Source of the DNA: Amoebophrya sp. A120
Taxonomy: Eukaryota > Protista > Dinoflagellata
Reading direction: 5' to 3'
Length of the DNA stretch: 64,000 nt
Assembly (NCBI GenBank): GCA_905178155.1
Contig: CAJINV010000002.1
Span: forward strand, 5,203,709-5,267,708
This document shows positions 61,029-64,000 of the stretch, one piece after another; the stretch's first letter is position 1, and every line of letters starts with the position of its first letter. The notes under the pieces were generated by a model. It did no database searches. It saw nothing but the letters and a program-made list of their open reading frames with translations, and was not told the DNA's origin. The position numbers and the translations under genes are program-made.

Positions 61029-63694
61029 GTGACCGAAGAGAAATCGAGAACTTGGAATGCAGTGCCAACAATGAACTACGCAGAAGAAGGAGTGCAACAT
61101 CAAGAGCAGCCGCCTGAGCAGGAGACGCGACGGTGGGTGGCGAACATCAGAACTACCTGCCCGGCGGAGGGTGACAACGCGCATCCAACAGCTGTTGACC
61201 ATAAGCACGTGCGGAAAAGTGACACTACCAAAGTTGTGAAGCTTCTTTTTGGAGGACCGCACCCGGATGTAGTTGCACCCTCTCCTGCTTCGCGAACTAT
61301 GAATTCTGATTCTCAACGTCCCTCTGCTGGACGAGATCAAAATCAGACGATGCCCGCCCCGGCGACCCGACCACGACACAAAAACGGCTCCAACAGCAGC
61401 ACCTGCAGCGCGAGTAGCTTCAAAAGTGCGGCGACCGGTGGTCCCCAGGGGCCGCTTGGTTCTTCTTGGTCCTCAAGGGAGAGGCCGGGCGGACAACACG
61501 GATTTGCAACGACGAGCTCCAACTCCGATCATGCAGCTGTCAACGTGCTGGGAGCAGGAGTCGCACGGCAGTCCTCCACGAGCGGCAAAACAAGCCTCGC
61601 GGGTGGAGTATCGGCAAGTCCAGCACCAGCTCGGCGTCTGATCCGCGACACCTACCCACTAAAGGAGCAGGAGGAGTTATGGTGAGCAAAAACGTCCCCA
61701 CCCCAGAGTCAAGATGGGAAATCTGCTACACAAATCCCCTGGCTTCGGCTGCTGCGCATGACAAATTTGGGCTCGCAATGTAGTCGCGTTTAGCTCCTAG
61801 TGCAGCAGCGTCACAGTTCTAGCATACCATGCGGATTTGAGCATTACAAACCTCAAAGTACCAATAGAGACTGCTTCGCATGGGTCTCCGCATGAGAAAC
61901 ATTTTCAGCATGCAGATTTGCATTGCAATTCTGGAGTGGGGTCGTTTTTACAAATGATAGGAGTTTGATTGTAAATACAAGATTACCGACACGGAGGACG
62001 AAGAGGACGAGGAGACCGTTCTCCTCGCCTCCAATATGGAAGTGTCAGAATCGAAATCGACAAAGTTGAAATAACTTGTAATGCATAAAATGGATGAAAG
62101 TTGTGGCCCAGTTTGTAACTGGCGCATGACAAATTTGGGTAGAACCGAAACCAAGTTTGTCATGCTGTTTGGGTAAGGAAGACGCCTTTTGTCATGCTAC
62201 TTTAGCAGCTCAGTTTCTACCCCTCAACAGGCTTACTATCTGCCTCACTTGCCTACGCTGCAAGACAGGCACTTCGAGGGCTGCACTTTATGCATGGCAA
62301 ACTATTTCAACTTTGACGATTTCAAACCTGACACTCCCATATCCAAGTGGCGAGACCTGCCGAAAAAGCTAGCCTCCAAGCGTTTTCTCGGGCGAGCTCC
62401 TGAGGGCGAGCAAGACGACGCAGGATCATACGGCCAGGAGGAGAATGAATCCGGCACGCGGCGATCCTTACTTGGCCAACTGTTTCTGAACTTCGCAACC
62501 GGAAAACCGTATCGAATGTGACAAAAGTAGTGTCTTTCTATTCCCGCTCTTTGCTAGTATCCACACCTTGTTGTCCGCTCGTTTTTTGCATATTGGACGG
62601 TAATAAATCTACTTCGTGCAGCAAGAATATAATGGTCAATGTGCTATTAATGTGCATGATGAAGACGTGCGTCGTATTAAAAATAGTCTCGTTATTCATC
62701 ACGATCGTACTCCTGTGCCTTTTCTCCTTGAGCGGAGTAAGAAAAGAAAGTGAGCAGGGCAACTGCAAGAATGAGCATTTTGTCACCCAGGATATGCGAG
62801 AAAATTCCACGAGCACGACGTCGACGTCCACTTCTTCGCATGCGACGGATCGCCATCGGGGACCACAGAAGGGCAGGAAGCAGCACCAGCGCCAACAGCA
62901 GAGCTCGACTAGTGCCACCACGTGCACTAGTTCCTCTGACCGCGGCGATACGGGCAGCAGCAGCAAGACCACGCTGGTGTCCGTGTCCAACTCTACGCCT
63001 CCTTCGACCGAGCGAAGCCCGCGGAGTAGCGGAACGACGGCGAGTCTCAAGTTATCTTTCGTGTGCATAACTGGTGATGTCGTTGCAGTCATCTCTTGCT
63101 CATCAATGTAGACAAAATAAACAGCTGTTGAAGAAGTAGATTTTTTGCACTGGATCCTTGGCGGACAGAAAAAACCTACAACTTGTTGGATTTCTATAAG
63201 ACCACACCAGCGCGGTGTATAAATGAAAAAAGAGAAAATAAAGGTTTCTCATATATCTTTCTCACGTATAACCTCTTTGTCATACGGCAATTTCGACCGA
63301 GGTGTCCTTCCGACATCACCATGCTTTTTGCACCCCATAACAACACCCGCTCGACAGCGGCAATGATATGTGGAGCCTCCTGTCCCCACGCCCTTGCACT
63401 TCCTCCCGCTCGCTCTCCAAGCACGGCGAGGATGAGGTTCTTTTTTGGCATGGTGACCCGCTGCACGTCAATTCTTCCGACTCGACGGGGCCGCGTGGCG
63501 GTGTTATCTGGTCGCGGGCGCTATACGGGGTGGCCAAAACGCTCCTCGTCGCCGCTTTGCTCCTGGGTGGGTGCCTCTTGGTCTGGAAAGTCGCGAACAA
63601 ATGGGCTCAGGTTCGATTTGGATCAACTATTTGGGTTTCCTATGAATGTAGATTTACCCATATTACCCTTACCCGCCGAATGTTTTGCTTGTAG
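61029..63694 (+). CDS. Low-complexity protein with a TM helix, 4 introners (3' end uncertain, may continue to the window end)
   Basis: ORFs 61029, 62189, 62518 (3' part) and 63368 join in frame. TM segment LLVAALLLGGCLLVW. Confidence 0.6.
61678..61959. mobile_element. Introner, family B
   Basis: TSD ggagt. Confidence 0.9.
62035..62341. mobile_element. Introner, family G
   Basis: TSD tccaa. Confidence 0.92.
62510..62794. mobile_element. Introner (degenerate)
   Basis: TATCGAATGTGACAAAA / TTTTGTCACCCAGGATA. The TSD is lost, but removal plus 5 bp restores KP-ENSTS. Confidence 0.65.
63053..63339. mobile_element. Introner (degenerate)
   Basis: TAT...TGGTGATGTCG / CGACATCACCA...ATA. Removal plus 5 bp joins to ORF 63368. 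Confidence 0.6.
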
Positions 63695-64000
63695 GTTACT
63701 TTAAAGACTTACAAACAATCCTTTTGGGACTATGGTGGAGACGGAAGTGAATATCCGCTAAAACGACAACTAAGCACATTGTTGGTCATTCGTTCCTTTT
63801 CCCGCCCTCGTCCTCGTTTCAAATCAATGTATCGAATACAACAAAGTTGAAGAAATAAAACCATATTACAGACCTCCCCCTCGTCGTCCGGGCAGCAGCA
63901 GCACAAGAGCGTGACGACGACCGAACATCCTTTTTTCCCCTTCGCGTCTTCGAATTGGTTTCCCCCGTCCTGGTCTCGGACGAGCGAAATGAAGGGCGAA

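Noticed and set aside
1-64000. Autonomous transposase, tRNA or rRNA genes, full-length 22-nt spliced leader
   Set aside because: None recognisable by eye. A covariance-model or HMM search would be needed to exclude them.

Overview
Eukaryotic, gene-dense window with all supportable genes on the + strand. It most likely comes from a parasitic dinoflagellate of the Amoebophrya/Syndiniales type (inference from the intron architecture). The main feature is a system of about 48 short (150-630 bp) non-canonical 'introner' elements of at least 12 different terminal-inverted-repeat (TIR) families, all inside coding sequence. Nearly all start TAT and end ATA and are flanked by a 5-bp target duplication. 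In nearly every case, removing the element plus exactly 5 bp re-fuses neighbouring ORF-track fragments in frame. Several families occur in both orientations, many cannot form GT-AG in any register, and unrelated families share an internal TTGT(C/G/A)ATGC motif. Reconstructed genes: a PRKRIP1-like splicing factor, a RAP-domain protein, an hnRNP-like RRM protein, a kinesin-14, a hidden 60-aa basic microprotein, and two very large membrane-anchored proteins rich in S-F-x-E/Q motifs. Also present: two larger exonic insertions flanked by ~50-bp duplications (one carries dinoflagellate spliced-leader-like junction copies), an introner inserted at another introner's end, a LINE-like fragment inside an introner, and a perfect 79-bp palindrome. 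All coordinates were read by eye, and no transcript or database evidence was available.
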